The notes below the pieces were generated by a model that made no database searches, was not told the DNA's origin, and saw only the letters and a list, made by a program, of their open reading frames with translations. This document shows, in pieces, positions 1 to 9,388 of a stretch of 57,188 nucleotides of DNA. The position numbers and the translations under genes are program-made. Position 1 is the first letter of the stretch; the number at the start of each line of letters is the position of its first letter. Location: the sequence record DRR723986_3008; one strand, 5' to 3'.

Positions 1-489
1 AGCCACTATACTGACTGGACCATTGGGCATGTTCACTCTGGTGCCCTTGGCTGGGTGGCCTTCATTACCTTTGGCGCTGTCTATCATTTGGTGCCTGTGC
101 TCTGGAAACGATCTGGCCTTTATTCCCTAAAGCTCGTGAATACACACTTGTGGATCGCGACAATTGGCATTGTGCTTTACATCGCCGCCATGTGGGTTAC
201 CGGCATTATGGAAGGCCTGATGTGGCGCAGTTATGACGAGCTCGGCTTCCTTCGCTGGAGCTTTGTTGAAACAGTTCAGGCCAAACATATCCCGTATCTC
301 ATTCGGGCCTTCGGCGGCATCTTGTTCCTCGTAGGGGCATTGATCATGGTTTATAATGTTGTCCGCACAATACGCGGCGACAGTGCGGGCGAAGCCGTTC
401 AAGACCCTGTTCACAACCCAAACCTGAATGATGCCCAAAATAGTGGCCAGAATAGTGGCCAAAACAAAGGGGAGGCAGTTCATGCTTAA
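1..489 (+). CDS. ccoN: cbb3-type cytochrome c oxidase subunit I, 3' part (truncated by window edge)
   Basis: Frame open from base 1: [18 protein letters not shown] (haem-ligating HxH), then hydrophobic helices; followed by ccoO. Confidence 0.97.
   Translation, partial: SHYTDWTIGHVHSGALGWVAFITFGAVYHLVPVLWKRSGLYSLKLVNTHLWIATIGIVLYIAAMWVTGIMEGLMWRSYDELGFLRWSFVETVQAKHIPYLIRAFGGILFLVGALIMVYNVVRTIRGDSAGEAVQDPVHNPNLNDAQNSGQNSGQNKGEAVHA
436..465 (+). repeat. 12-bp tandem repeat, 2.5 copies, encoding [10 protein letters not shown] in the CcoN tail
   Basis: caaaatagtggc cagaatagtggc caaaac. Confidence 0.85.
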
Positions 490-1216
490 TAAACACGCCG
501 CTTTAGAGAAAAACTCTATCCTTATGCTGATTTTTGTGGTGATCACCATTTCAATTGGCGGGCTGGTTGAGATTGTGCCTTTGTTTCGTATGGAAACCAC
601 GATTGAGCCTGTGGAAGGCATTAGGCCCTACACGCCGCTGGAGCTTGCCGGTCAGAATGTTTACCTTCGCGAAGGCTGCTACGGTTGCCATAGCCAACAG
701 ATCCGAGCATTGCGCGACGAAGTTGAGCGCTATGGTCACTATTCTCTGGCTGCGGAAAGCATGTATGACCATCCGTTCCAGTGGGGCTCCAAGCGAACGG
801 GCCCTGACTTAGCACGTGTTGGCGGCAAATATTCCGACGATTGGCATGTTGCCCACACAATTGACCCGCAGTCTTTGGTGCCAGAATCGATCATGCCGGG
901 CTACGCCCATTTGGCACGGCGCGCTGCACCACTGGAGCATATTGCTGAAGATCTGCAAGCCCTTAAAATGGTCGGCGTTCCCTATACCGACGAGATGATT
1001 GAAAATGCCTATGCCGATGCTTTGGCACAGGCCACATCTGACGGCGACGGAATTGACGGTCTAATGGCCCGTTACTCCAAAGTTAATGCCCGAAATTTTG
1101 ACGGCGCAGCCGTAACCTCGGAGCTTGATGCCCTAATCGCGTATCTTCAGGTTTTGGGCACCATGGCGGAATTACAAGACTATAAGCATGACGGCAGCAA
1201 AAGGAGCGGACAATGA
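482..1216 (+). CDS. ccoO: cbb3-type cytochrome c oxidase subunit II (monohaem)
   Basis: [10 protein letters not shown] haem motif and [12 protein letters not shown] signature; ATG 482 after GGGAGG, overlapping the ccoN stop. Confidence 0.97.
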   Translation: MLNKHAALEKNSILMLIFVVITISIGGLVEIVPLFRMETTIEPVEGIRPYTPLELAGQNVYLREGCYGCHSQQIRALRDEVERYGHYSLAAESMYDHPFQWGSKRTGPDLARVGGKYSDDWHVAHTIDPQSLVPESIMPGYAHLARRAAPLEHIAEDLQALKMVGVPYTDEMIENAYADALAQATSDGDGIDGLMARYSKVNARNFDGAAVTSELDALIAYLQVLGTMAELQDYKHDGSKRSGQ

Positions 1217-1365
1217 TAGATTGGCTTTCCGACAATGCTGGCATGACCGGCCTCTTGTTCTTTTTCACAATATTCTGCGGCATCGTCTATTGGGCGTTTA
1301 GGCCAAGTCAGAAGAAAACCATTGAAGACCATAAATATATTCCTCTCAAAGGGGACGAGCAATGA
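1213..1365 (+). CDS. ccoQ: cbb3-type oxidase small subunit CcoQ (50 aa; not in ORF track)
   Basis: Hand-translated [50 protein letters not shown]; one TM helix and WA.RP motif; ATGA overlaps at both ends. Confidence 0.92.
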   Translation: MIDWLSDNAGMTGLLFFFTIFCGIVYWAFRPSQKKTIEDHKYIPLKGDEQ

Positions 1366-2234
1366 GCAACATTGATAAAGACGAACACACCGGCATCGAG
1401 ACCACCGGACACGAATGGGACGGCATTAAAGAGCTGAATAACCCAGCGCCGCGCTGGTGGCTCGGCGTTTTCATCATTACAGTTATTTGGTCCATTGGTT
1501 ACTGGGTGGTATATCCTGCATGGCCAACCCTGTCCGGCGACGGCGAACGAGGCGGCACGACCGGTAACACCGGCTGGACGCAATATAGCCAGCTAGCGGA
1601 AAGCCAAGCAGAGATTATGGCACGCCGGGCTGCATACCTAGACCGATTTAACACATCAGACTTTGGCGAAATTCAAGCAGATTCAGGCCTGTATGCCTTC
1701 GCGATTGCGGGCGGTGCCTCGGCCTTTAAAGACAATTGCGCTACCTGCCACGGAACCGGCGGCGCAGGGGCCAGCGGTTACCCTAATCTAAATGATGATG
1801 ATTGGCTTTGGGGCGGCACAGTCAGTGCTATTGAAGAAACAATCAAATTTGGCATCCGGGCAAACCATGACGAAACCCGCTATTCAGAAATGCCTGCTTT
1901 TGCAGATATGCTGGGCGAAGGTGAGATTTCTGACGTTGCTGACTATGTTCTGAGTTTTAGTGCAGGGGGCAGTTTCCCTGAGCGCGGCCAGACCGTCTAC
2001 AGCGAGCAATGCGCTTTCTGCCATGGTGACGATGGCACCGGTGACCAGTTTCAAGGGGCGCCCAATCTCGCAGATGCCATCTGGTTCTACGGCGATACAA
2101 AAGCAGATTTGGCAGCGCAAATTCGCAAGCCGAAACACGGCATGATGCCAAACTGGAATGCCCGGTTGAGCGATAGCACCATTCGGCAGCTAGCAATTTA
2201 TGTCCATTCGCTTGGCGGCGGTGAGACGGAGTAA
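1362..2234 (+). CDS. ccoP: cbb3-type cytochrome c oxidase subunit III (dihaem)
   Basis: TTGHEWDGIKELNNPAPRWW N-terminus; two CxxCH motifs (CATCH, CAFCH). Confidence 0.97.
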   Translation: MSNIDKDEHTGIETTGHEWDGIKELNNPAPRWWLGVFIITVIWSIGYWVVYPAWPTLSGDGERGGTTGNTGWTQYSQLAESQAEIMARRAAYLDRFNTSDFGEIQADSGLYAFAIAGGASAFKDNCATCHGTGGAGASGYPNLNDDDWLWGGTVSAIEETIKFGIRANHDETRYSEMPAFADMLGEGEISDVADYVLSFSAGGSFPERGQTVYSEQCAFCHGDDGTGDQFQGAPNLADAIWFYGDTKADLAAQIRKPKHGMMPNWNARLSDSTIRQLAIYVHSLGGGETE

Positions 2235-2240
2235 ACAAGC

Positions 2241-3656
2241 ATGTCGGATTCGGCACAGCCGATAAAATATTTCGAGAAGCGGGAACGGGCTTACCCCAAA
2301 AGAATTTGGGGTAAGTACCGAAAGCTGAAATGGATCGCGATGATCTTGACCCTCGGTATATATTATCTGGCTCCCTTTATTAGATGGGACCGAGGGCCAC
2401 ACGCGCCCGACCAAGCCATCCTTATCGATATGTCAGCCCAGCGTGGGTATTTCTTCTTTATCGAAATATGGCCGCAGGAAGTTTACTACCTGACAGGTAT
2501 TTTGGTGCTAGCGGCGGTTGCCTTATTTTTCGTGACCAGTCTCGCAGGCCGGGTGTGGTGCGGTTATACATGCCCGCAAACTGTATGGACCGACCTGTTT
2601 GTTTGGGTTGAACGTATTGTGCAGGGTGACCGCACCAAACGTATGAAACTGGCAAAAAGCCGCTGGACCTTTGAAAAAATCTGGAAATTCGCCCTTACAC
2701 ACTCCCTATGGATTGTTATCGGCATGCTGACCGGCGGCGCATGGGTGTTTTATTTTAACGACGCCCCAACACTGCTTGAGCAAATACTTCATTTGGATGT
2801 GCCGTGGAGCACTGGCGGTTGGATTGTTGCGCTGACATTCTCAACATATCTGATGGCAGGCTTCGCCCGTGAACAAGTGTGCATGTATATGTGCCCCTAT
2901 TCCCGGTTTCAATCTGCCATGTTTGACAAAGACACCATGATCATTGGGTATGATGCTGACCGCGGCGAACCAAGAGGCAAACACAAAAAAGGCGATAGCT
3001 GGGAAGGGCGAGGCGACTGCGTTGATTGCACCATGTGCGTTCAGGTTTGCCCTGTGGGTATCGACATCCGTGACGGTCTTCAAATGGAATGCATCGCCTG
3101 CGGCTTGTGCGTGGATGCATGCAACGAAATTATGGACAAGGTTGAGCGACCACAGGGACTTATCCGGTATGACACAACCCACAACCGCGAAGCCCGCTTA
3201 ACTGGGAAGCCCGAGACCACCCATGTGATGCGACCGCGCACTTTTTGGTATATTTCAATTCTTACGGTGGTTGGGTCTATAATGCTGTTTGGGCTTATTA
3301 ACCGCAGCGCTTCAGAGCTGCATGTCTTGCACGATCGTAACCCGCTGTATGTGCAGCTTTCCGACGGTACTATCCGCAATGGTTATGATATTCGCATTCT
3401 CAATAAAACCCATGAAGATATAGAGTTTGCATTAACCGTTGATGGTATTGAGGGGGCGCAGGTGCGTGTGCAAGCCGCAGGCGACCCGGACCCGTCTGCG
3501 CTGCTGGTTTATGCAGACAGCGTGGCACATTTCAGGGTTTTTGTTTCAGCGCCCAAGCCAGCAACAGGTCGCACGCCCCTTACCTTCACCGCTAAAAGTG
3601 CAGACGGCGAAATTATTGAGACATACTCGGGTATATTCCTGAGCAAAGGACGGTAG
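2241..3656 (+). CDS. ccoG: Cytochrome c oxidase accessory Fe-S membrane protein CcoG/FixG
   Basis: GRVWCGYTCPQTVW, CMYMCPY, and two ferredoxin-like motifs CVDCTMCVQVCP / CIACGLCVDAC. Confidence 0.96.
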   Translation: MSDSAQPIKYFEKRERAYPKRIWGKYRKLKWIAMILTLGIYYLAPFIRWDRGPHAPDQAILIDMSAQRGYFFFIEIWPQEVYYLTGILVLAAVALFFVTSLAGRVWCGYTCPQTVWTDLFVWVERIVQGDRTKRMKLAKSRWTFEKIWKFALTHSLWIVIGMLTGGAWVFYFNDAPTLLEQILHLDVPWSTGGWIVALTFSTYLMAGFAREQVCMYMCPYSRFQSAMFDKDTMIIGYDADRGEPRGKHKKGDSWEGRGDCVDCTMCVQVCPVGIDIRDGLQMECIACGLCVDACNEIMDKVERPQGLIRYDTTHNREARLTGKPETTHVMRPRTFWYISILTVVGSIMLFGLINRSASELHVLHDRNPLYVQLSDGTIRNGYDIRILNKTHEDIEFALTVDGIEGAQVRVQAAGDPDPSALLVYADSVAHFRVFVSAPKPATGRTPLTFTAKSADGEIIETYSGIFLSKGR

Positions 3657-3666
3657 GAGAGAGTTT

Positions 3667-4197
3667 ATGACGCCAGAAAATAACAACGCTGCCGCCACAC
3701 CGCATCAAGTCGAGCCTAACCGCTCTGGCCCAAGAAAGTCGGATCGGTTTATTCCGTGGTATTTTGTTGGCTTCTTTGCTCTTCTCTTTATGTTTGATGG
3801 GGTTTTTGTCTATTTGGCAACCAGCACACATACGGGCGTGGTCACTGAGCAAGCCTATCAAAAAGGCTTGGATTACAATAAAACCATTGCAGCTGCTGGC
3901 GCCCGCGATGCACTTGGCTGGGAAGGCAACATTACCTATGGCGACAATGGTCAGCTTAATTTCGCAGTACAAGACAATACGGCTACCAAGATAAGCGGTG
4001 CCAAGGTGGTTGCCGAAATGACCCGGCCCACCCATAATGGTGTTGACTTCGAGCAGCCGCTTGCGGAAATTTCTCCTGGCTTCTATCAAGCGCCGGTTGA
4101 CTTTCCCTTGGACGGCGTATGGGATGTTAGGATTTACGTAACGTGGCAGCAGAAACAATTTCAAACTGCGCAGAGGATCATTGTACAGCAACAATGA
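3667..4197 (+). CDS. ccoH: FixH/CcoH family assembly protein
   Basis: Single N-terminal TM helix, GVVTEQAYQKGLDYN motif, position between ccoG and ccoI. Confidence 0.88.
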   Translation: MTPENNNAAATPHQVEPNRSGPRKSDRFIPWYFVGFFALLFMFDGVFVYLATSTHTGVVTEQAYQKGLDYNKTIAAAGARDALGWEGNITYGDNGQLNFAVQDNTATKISGAKVVAEMTRPTHNGVDFEQPLAEISPGFYQAPVDFPLDGVWDVRIYVTWQQKQFQTAQRIIVQQQ

Positions 4198-6443
4198 CAT
4201 GCCAGCACTGCGGCGAACCCTCAGGCGAAAATGATTTTTGTTGCAGTGGGTGCGCCGCCGCATACGAAGCGGCCAAAACCATCAGTGCGTCTAATATATA
4301 TGCACCGCTTGCTCGTCCACAAAGCGACGACAGCTATCAACTTGACTTAATTGTTGAAGGCATGCACTGCGCGGCTTGTGTTCGGTTGATTGAAAACGCT
4401 TTGGCCGCAAACGACGATATTCTCTCGGCCCGGGTTAATATGACAACAGAGCGGCTAACCTTCCGTTGGAAAGGCACACCGGCGCGCGGCGACGCCTTGG
4501 CCGAACAAATTATCAAGCTTGGCTACAAATTACATGACCCCGGCGAAAGTGCTGCCGCAGACCATGCCCAAAACTCAGAAAAGCAATTATTGAAAGCGAT
4601 TGCAGTCGCGGGCTTTGCTGCCGCCAACCTGATGCTTATCTCTATTGGGCTTTGGTCCTCCAGTGAGGAGACAATGGGGTTTGCCACGCGCGAGTTTTTT
4701 CACTGGGTATCAGCCCTCATAGCCCTGCCCACCGTTGCCTATGCTGGCCGGCCTTTTTTCCATTCAGCATTCTCGGCCTTGAAAGAACGCCACACCAACA
4801 TGGATGTGCCTATTTCGCTGGCGGTTATACTTGCGTCTTTGATGAGCATATCCGAAGCGGCCCGGCAGGGTGAATATGTCTATTTTGATTCGGCCGTCAT
4901 GCTATTATTTTTCCTGCTTATTGGTCGGTATCTTGATGCGCGGGCCAAAGGCAAAGCGCGCGAATCTGCCTCGCGCCTCCTGTCTAAGCTTGCGGGGTCT
5001 GCCACCGTTATTACCGATGGCGACGTTAACCGCATTGCGATTAAAGACTTAAAGGCAGGTATGCGGCTATTGGTTGCGGCAGGCGAAAATATTCCCGCTG
5101 ACGGTACGATCGTAAAAGGCGAAACGGATATCGATCATTCCTTGATATCCGGTGAAACCATACCAACCCATGCAAGCGTCGGGGCTGCCACACTTGCTGG
5201 CACACTCAACCTAACAGCACCGATCGAAGTCTCTGTTACCAAAGCAAGTGAGCAAAGCCTGCTGAGCGAAATTGTTCGCATGATGGAAACCGCCGAGCAA
5301 GGCGCAGCAAAATATGTACGCTTGGCTGACCGTGCTGCCACGCTTTACACGCCTGTTGTGCATTTTCTCAGTGCAGTCACTTTCATTGGTTGGCTATTAT
5401 GGGGCATACCGTGGCAGGCGTCCTTATTAAACGCTGTTACCGTTCTCATCATCACTTGCCCCTGTGCACTTGGGCTGGCTGTACCTGTGGTTCAGGTGCT
5501 GGCCAGCGGCACACTTTTGAAAAACGGTGTTTTATTAAAGTCGGGGGACGCTCTTGAGCGCCTGGCAGGCGTCGACACCATTGTATTTGACAAAACAGGC
5601 ACACTGACAATCGGCAAGCCACAGCTTGAGGGCGGTGACTATCAACCTGAAGACTTAAAACTGGCGGCTTCGCTTGCAGTCAACAGCCGCCATCCGCTCT
5701 CGGTCGCGCTTTTTGAACATCACAAAGACGCAGTGACCGAACTTGAAGTTACCGAAATTGCAGGCAAAGGTTTGACCGCAACATATGAAGGCAAAGCGAT
5801 TAAACTTGGAAGCCGCCAATGGTGCGGCCCCAAAGAAACCGGCGAAACCAACGCTTTGGAGCTTTGGCTTTCAGTGGACGGCAAACCCAAAGCGCACTTT
5901 GTGTTTGCAGACGCTGTTCGACCAGATGCAGCCCAGGTGATTTCGGCACTACACGAAAAAAACATTGATATTCACTTATTGTCAGGGGACCGCGCTGCTG
6001 TGGCAAACACCATCGCGGCAGAGCTTGGCATTAATCAAGTAACCGCAGAAACCTCACCGCTTGAAAAATGCGACTATATAAATGCTTTAAAGCGCCAAGG
6101 CAAAAGCGTGCTTATGGTGGGTGACGGGTTGAATGATGCGCCAGCACTTGCAGCCGCCACTGTCTCAATGTCACCGTCAAGTGCCGTTGATATCACGCAA
6201 AATACCGCCGATATTGTATTTCAAGGCGCGCAGCTCATGCCGGTTTTCGAAACAATGCAAGTTGCAAAACAGTCTAATAGTTTGGTTAAACAAAATTTCG
6301 CTCTCGCAATCGTCTATAATATCTTTGCCATACCGCTGGCTGTTTTTGGATATGTCACTCCCATGATTGCCGCGGCGGCGATGTCGGGATCATCATTAGT
6401 CGTTATTTTAAATGCTTTCAGGCTAAAGTTAGGGCGAAGATAG
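4194..6443 (+). CDS. ccoI: Copper-translocating P1B-type ATPase CcoI/FixI
   Basis: CQHCG...FCCSGC N-terminal domain, GMHCAAC HMA motif, CPC, DKTGT, GDGLNDAP; ATG 4194 overlaps the ccoH stop (ATGA). Confidence 0.95.
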   Translation: MTCQHCGEPSGENDFCCSGCAAAYEAAKTISASNIYAPLARPQSDDSYQLDLIVEGMHCAACVRLIENALAANDDILSARVNMTTERLTFRWKGTPARGDALAEQIIKLGYKLHDPGESAAADHAQNSEKQLLKAIAVAGFAAANLMLISIGLWSSSEETMGFATREFFHWVSALIALPTVAYAGRPFFHSAFSALKERHTNMDVPISLAVILASLMSISEAARQGEYVYFDSAVMLLFFLLIGRYLDARAKGKARESASRLLSKLAGSATVITDGDVNRIAIKDLKAGMRLLVAAGENIPADGTIVKGETDIDHSLISGETIPTHASVGAATLAGTLNLTAPIEVSVTKASEQSLLSEIVRMMETAEQGAAKYVRLADRAATLYTPVVHFLSAVTFIGWLLWGIPWQASLLNAVTVLIITCPCALGLAVPVVQVLASGTLLKNGVLLKSGDALERLAGVDTIVFDKTGTLTIGKPQLEGGDYQPEDLKLAASLAVNSRHPLSVALFEHHKDAVTELEVTEIAGKGLTATYEGKAIKLGSRQWCGPKETGETNALELWLSVDGKPKAHFVFADAVRPDAAQVISALHEKNIDIHLLSGDRAAVANTIAAELGINQVTAETSPLEKCDYINALKRQGKSVLMVGDGLNDAPALAAATVSMSPSSAVDITQNTADIVFQGAQLMPVFETMQVAKQSNSLVKQNFALAIVYNIFAIPLAVFGYVTPMIAAAAMSGSSLVVILNAFRLKLGRR

Positions 6444-6445
6444 AC

Positions 6446-6595
6446 ATGGACGTTCTCCTGTATTTAATTCCAATCGCCATTGGCCTTGGCCTAATTGGTC
6501 TGGTCGCTTTTTTATGGACTTTGCGCAGCGGGCAGTATGATGATTTAGACGGCGCACCGCACCGAATTTTATACGATGATGAAGATGAAGCATAA
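6446..6595 (+). CDS. ccoS: cbb3 oxidase maturation protein CcoS/FixS (49 aa; not in ORF track)
   Basis: Hand-translated MDVLLYLIPIAIGLGLIGLVAFLWTLRSGQYDDLDGAPHRILYDDEDEA; SGQYDDL signature. Confidence 0.95.
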   Translation: MDVLLYLIPIAIGLGLIGLVAFLWTLRSGQYDDLDGAPHRILYDDEDEA

Positions 6596-6627
6596 TCATA
6601 GCTAAAGCGCTGAAAAAATTAAGAATT

Positions 6628-6669
6628 TTGACTAAAATCAAAGCTGAAAACTGGATATTTTGACATAGT
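6628..6669 (+). promoter_or_regulatory. FNR-type box with class II promoter for ompW
   Basis: TTGAC-TAAA-ATCAA at 6628-6641 (consensus TTGAT-N4-ATCAA); 22 nt later TG-n-CATAGT extended -10 at 6661-6669. Confidence 0.8.
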
Positions 6670-6696
6670 CCTCTCATCCCCAGATGAGAGGAAAAG

Positions 6697-7326
6697 ATGA
6701 TGATTAAAAACCCTGTTTTCAAAAGTATTTTATGTGCAGCAGCCCTGCAGTTTTCAGCGGGTGTTGCCGCGGCCGATGACAAAAGCCCTTGGCTTGTGCG
6801 GGTGCGTTTGGTTGATGTTGTTCCCCAGGAAAATGGCACAACATCTATTGGCGGCGATGTTACCGTGGGCGACAGAATAGTGCCCGAGTTAGACATCAGC
6901 TATTTCTGGACAGATAATTTTGCCACTGAGTTAATTCTGGCAACCAATAGCCATAATGTTGGCGCCGTTGGCACAGCCTTGGGCGACCTTGATGTTGGCA
7001 ATGTTTCGCTGCTGCCGCCAACACTTTTAGCGCAATATCATTTCAATCCAGACGGTAAGCTTCGGCCTTATCTGGGCGCAGGCATCAATTATACATTTTT
7101 CTATGATGCGGATGCAGGCGATCTGACCAGCATTAGCTACGAAGACGGTTTCGGCTTTGCACTTCAGGCTGGTATTGACATCGGCATTGACGAAAACTGG
7201 GCGCTGAACGCTGATGTTAAGAAGCTATATCTGAATACCGACGCCAGTATTAACGGCGGTGCTGTAACAGCGGATGTAGATCTTAACCCCTGGATTTTCG
7301 GTGTAGGCTTAGGCTACCGTTTCTAA
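6697..7326 (+). CDS. ompW: OmpW family outer membrane beta-barrel protein
   Basis: Signal peptide, LLPPTL motif, RPYLGAGINYT, C-terminal LGYRF. Confidence 0.95.
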   Translation: MMIKNPVFKSILCAAALQFSAGVAAADDKSPWLVRVRLVDVVPQENGTTSIGGDVTVGDRIVPELDISYFWTDNFATELILATNSHNVGAVGTALGDLDVGNVSLLPPTLLAQYHFNPDGKLRPYLGAGINYTFFYDADAGDLTSISYEDGFGFALQAGIDIGIDENWALNADVKKLYLNTDASINGGAVTADVDLNPWIFGVGLGYRF

Positions 7327-7343
7327 AAACCGACGAACAAAGT

Positions 7344-7374
7344 AAGAGGCCCAGACGATGTTTGGGCCTCTTTT
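7344..7374 (+). terminator. Intrinsic terminator after ompW, between convergent ompW and hemN
   Basis: aagaggcccagac-gat-gtttgggcctctt followed by T-rich tail. Confidence 0.8.
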
Positions 7375-7409
7375 CATTTATGCTCTATCCTGCTTTAAAA
7401 CTATAAGCC

Positions 7410-8768
7410 TTAAGCGACTTGAGCATGTTGCTGTTTTTTGGATTGGAGATATTTATCAAAAACTGACGCCACAACCCGGCAGGCTTGAACCGCATTTTCA
7501 TCAACAGTGATCTGATCACCAGAGAGCGTTACAAGCCCGTCTTCTTCCAACAGCTTCAACCCCTTAAGCTCATCCTCAAAATTCGGGGCTATGGCTTCAT
7601 ATTTTGCAAGTATATCAGCCAAATTAGCGGCACCGTAACTCATTATCTCGGATATGATTAACCGGCGCAGTCTGTCATCATCGGAAAGTTCAATGCCTTT
7701 TTCCACAGCGATACTGTCTGCGTCCAGACGCGCTGTGTAGCGCCGCATATCAGGTGTGTTTTGGCAGTATCCTTCGGCGTAACTGCTGATGGCCGAGGGG
7801 CCAAATCCAATAAGCGTTTCAGCGCGGTCGGTTGTGTAGCCCTGGAAATTACGCTGCATGCGGCCAGCCTTGTAGGCAAGGGCCATGGCATCATGCTCAC
7901 GGACAAAATGGTCCAGCCCAATCTGTACATACCCTTTTCCGATCAGCACTTTACGCGCTTCTTCAAACTGCTCCAACCGACATGACGGGTCAGGCAATGC
8001 CTCATCATCAATCAGGCGCATATGTTTTTTCATCCACGGCACATGTGCATAGCCAAATAACGCAATACGGTCAGGTTTCATTGCCGCTGCAAGTGATGCA
8101 GACTCGCGCACAATTTCAACGGTTTGATTGGGTAGGCCGTATAGCAGGTCAAAACTGACCGCCTTAATCCCGTATGACCGTAATAAAGCTGCAGCCTGAT
8201 AAACCTGCCGTACAGGCTGCACCCGGTTGATCGACTTTTGAACGGTGGGGTTAAAGTCCTGCACGCCAAGGCTTGCACGCGTTATGCCCACTGCGGCATA
8301 AGCCGCCACTTTTATTTCTGTAATTTCACGCGGATCGAGTTCAATGGCAACTTCTGCGCCTGGCAAAACATTAAAATTGCTTCGAACATGCTCCATCAAC
8401 AACCTGAAATCATCGGCGCTAACATAACTGGGAGAGCCGCCACCGAAATGGATGTGGCTAACATCCAGCGGTCGATCATGCCTCGCCGCCATCAAAGATA
8501 TTTCTTTCTTGAGATAGGCCATGTAATTTTCGACCGGGCTATATTTAGCCGTCGCCTTGGTATTGCACCCGCAGTACCAGCACATTTTTTTGCAGAAAGG
8601 CACATGAAAATACAACGAAACAGGCGAGCCGGGCGTTATGTTTTCCATCCAATGGATAACAGTATCTTTCGCCAAAGACGCTGAAAAATTAGGGGCTGTC
8701 GGGTAACTCGTATACCGGGGTACAGGTTGGTTATGCTTCAAGAGTGCCGCATGATGAAAGTTGGTCAT
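7410..8768 (-). CDS. hemN: Oxygen-independent coproporphyrinogen III oxidase (radical SAM)
   Basis: PRYTSYPTA, YFHVPFCKKMCWYCGC (CxxxCxxC), HFGGGSP, RNFQGYT. Confidence 0.97.
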   Translation of the reverse strand: MTNFHHAALLKHNQPVPRYTSYPTAPNFSASLAKDTVIHWMENITPGSPVSLYFHVPFCKKMCWYCGCNTKATAKYSPVENYMAYLKKEISLMAARHDRPLDVSHIHFGGGSPSYVSADDFRLLMEHVRSNFNVLPGAEVAIELDPREITEIKVAAYAAVGITRASLGVQDFNPTVQKSINRVQPVRQVYQAAALLRSYGIKAVSFDLLYGLPNQTVEIVRESASLAAAMKPDRIALFGYAHVPWMKKHMRLIDDEALPDPSCRLEQFEEARKVLIGKGYVQIGLDHFVREHDAMALAYKAGRMQRNFQGYTTDRAETLIGFGPSAISSYAEGYCQNTPDMRRYTARLDADSIAVEKGIELSDDDRLRRLIISEIMSYGAANLADILAKYEAIAPNFEDELKGLKLLEEDGLVTLSGDQITVDENAVQACRVVASVFDKYLQSKKQQHAQVA

Positions 8769-8799
8769 GAATGGTCCTTTTTCTGCTCATTGAAGCAGC

Positions 8800-8841
8800 A
8801 CCATAAGCCAAAGCAAATTTGCCGGAATTGACGCCGGTCAA
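8800..8841 (-). promoter_or_regulatory. FNR-type box with class II promoter for hemN
   Basis: Palindrome TTGAC-GCCG-GTCAA at 8828-8841; -10-like TATGGT (8805-8800, minus strand) 22 nt away, the same spacing as at ompW. Confidence 0.8.
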
Positions 8842-8930
8842 ATTAGAAAGAAACAACTTAGGGTAAATGAATACCGTGCTGAGTATGGACCAATTCAACA
8901 TGCTGCATAAAACCAAATAAACTTCACCAA

Positions 8931-8946
8931 TTTGACTCAAGTCAAA
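8931..8946. promoter_or_regulatory. Second FNR-type palindrome, upstream of the hypothetical gene at 8996
   Basis: TTTGAC-TCAA-GTCAAA. Confidence 0.75.
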
Positions 8947-8995
8947 GGCGCATCCTGAAATTTCTGTTTTCGTGTTAAACAAGGAAAAGTTTAAC

Positions 8996-9388
8996 ATGCA
9001 CGCTAATCGCAACAATCAAACCAATGCTACGCTGTATGATAGCCTTTGCAGCTATATTGCGCTTTGCAATGACGTTATGGATGCCAATCAGAACCGGTTT
9101 CCTTTTGTACAAATTTGGCGTGCGTTAGAATCAGAAATTGCGGGAAGACATATAGAATATTCCGTTGCACGGGACGGCGAATTCGCGCACGTGACAGCAA
9201 AATTTATTGACCTGAAAATCAATATCGTTCCATCAGGGCCGGAAAGAAACTGGCCCAAAGTCACCCAAAAACTTGAGTGGCCTTATATGTCCAGCGTGCT
9301 TGATAAGCCGGCAAAATATATCGCCAACCCTGCACTGGTGGATTGGAACGTAAAAATCAATACAACGGTGGTGCAGCTTTTCAGTTAG
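8996..9388 (+). CDS. Hypothetical protein (130 aa)
   Basis: ATG 8996 after AAGGA; protein-like sequence (CNDVMDANQNRFPFVQIW...YIANPALVDW); FNR-type box upstream; 4-nt overlap with the convergent regulator stop. Confidence 0.75.
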   Translation: MHANRNNQTNATLYDSLCSYIALCNDVMDANQNRFPFVQIWRALESEIAGRHIEYSVARDGEFAHVTAKFIDLKINIVPSGPERNWPKVTQKLEWPYMSSVLDKPAKYIANPALVDWNVKINTTVVQLFS

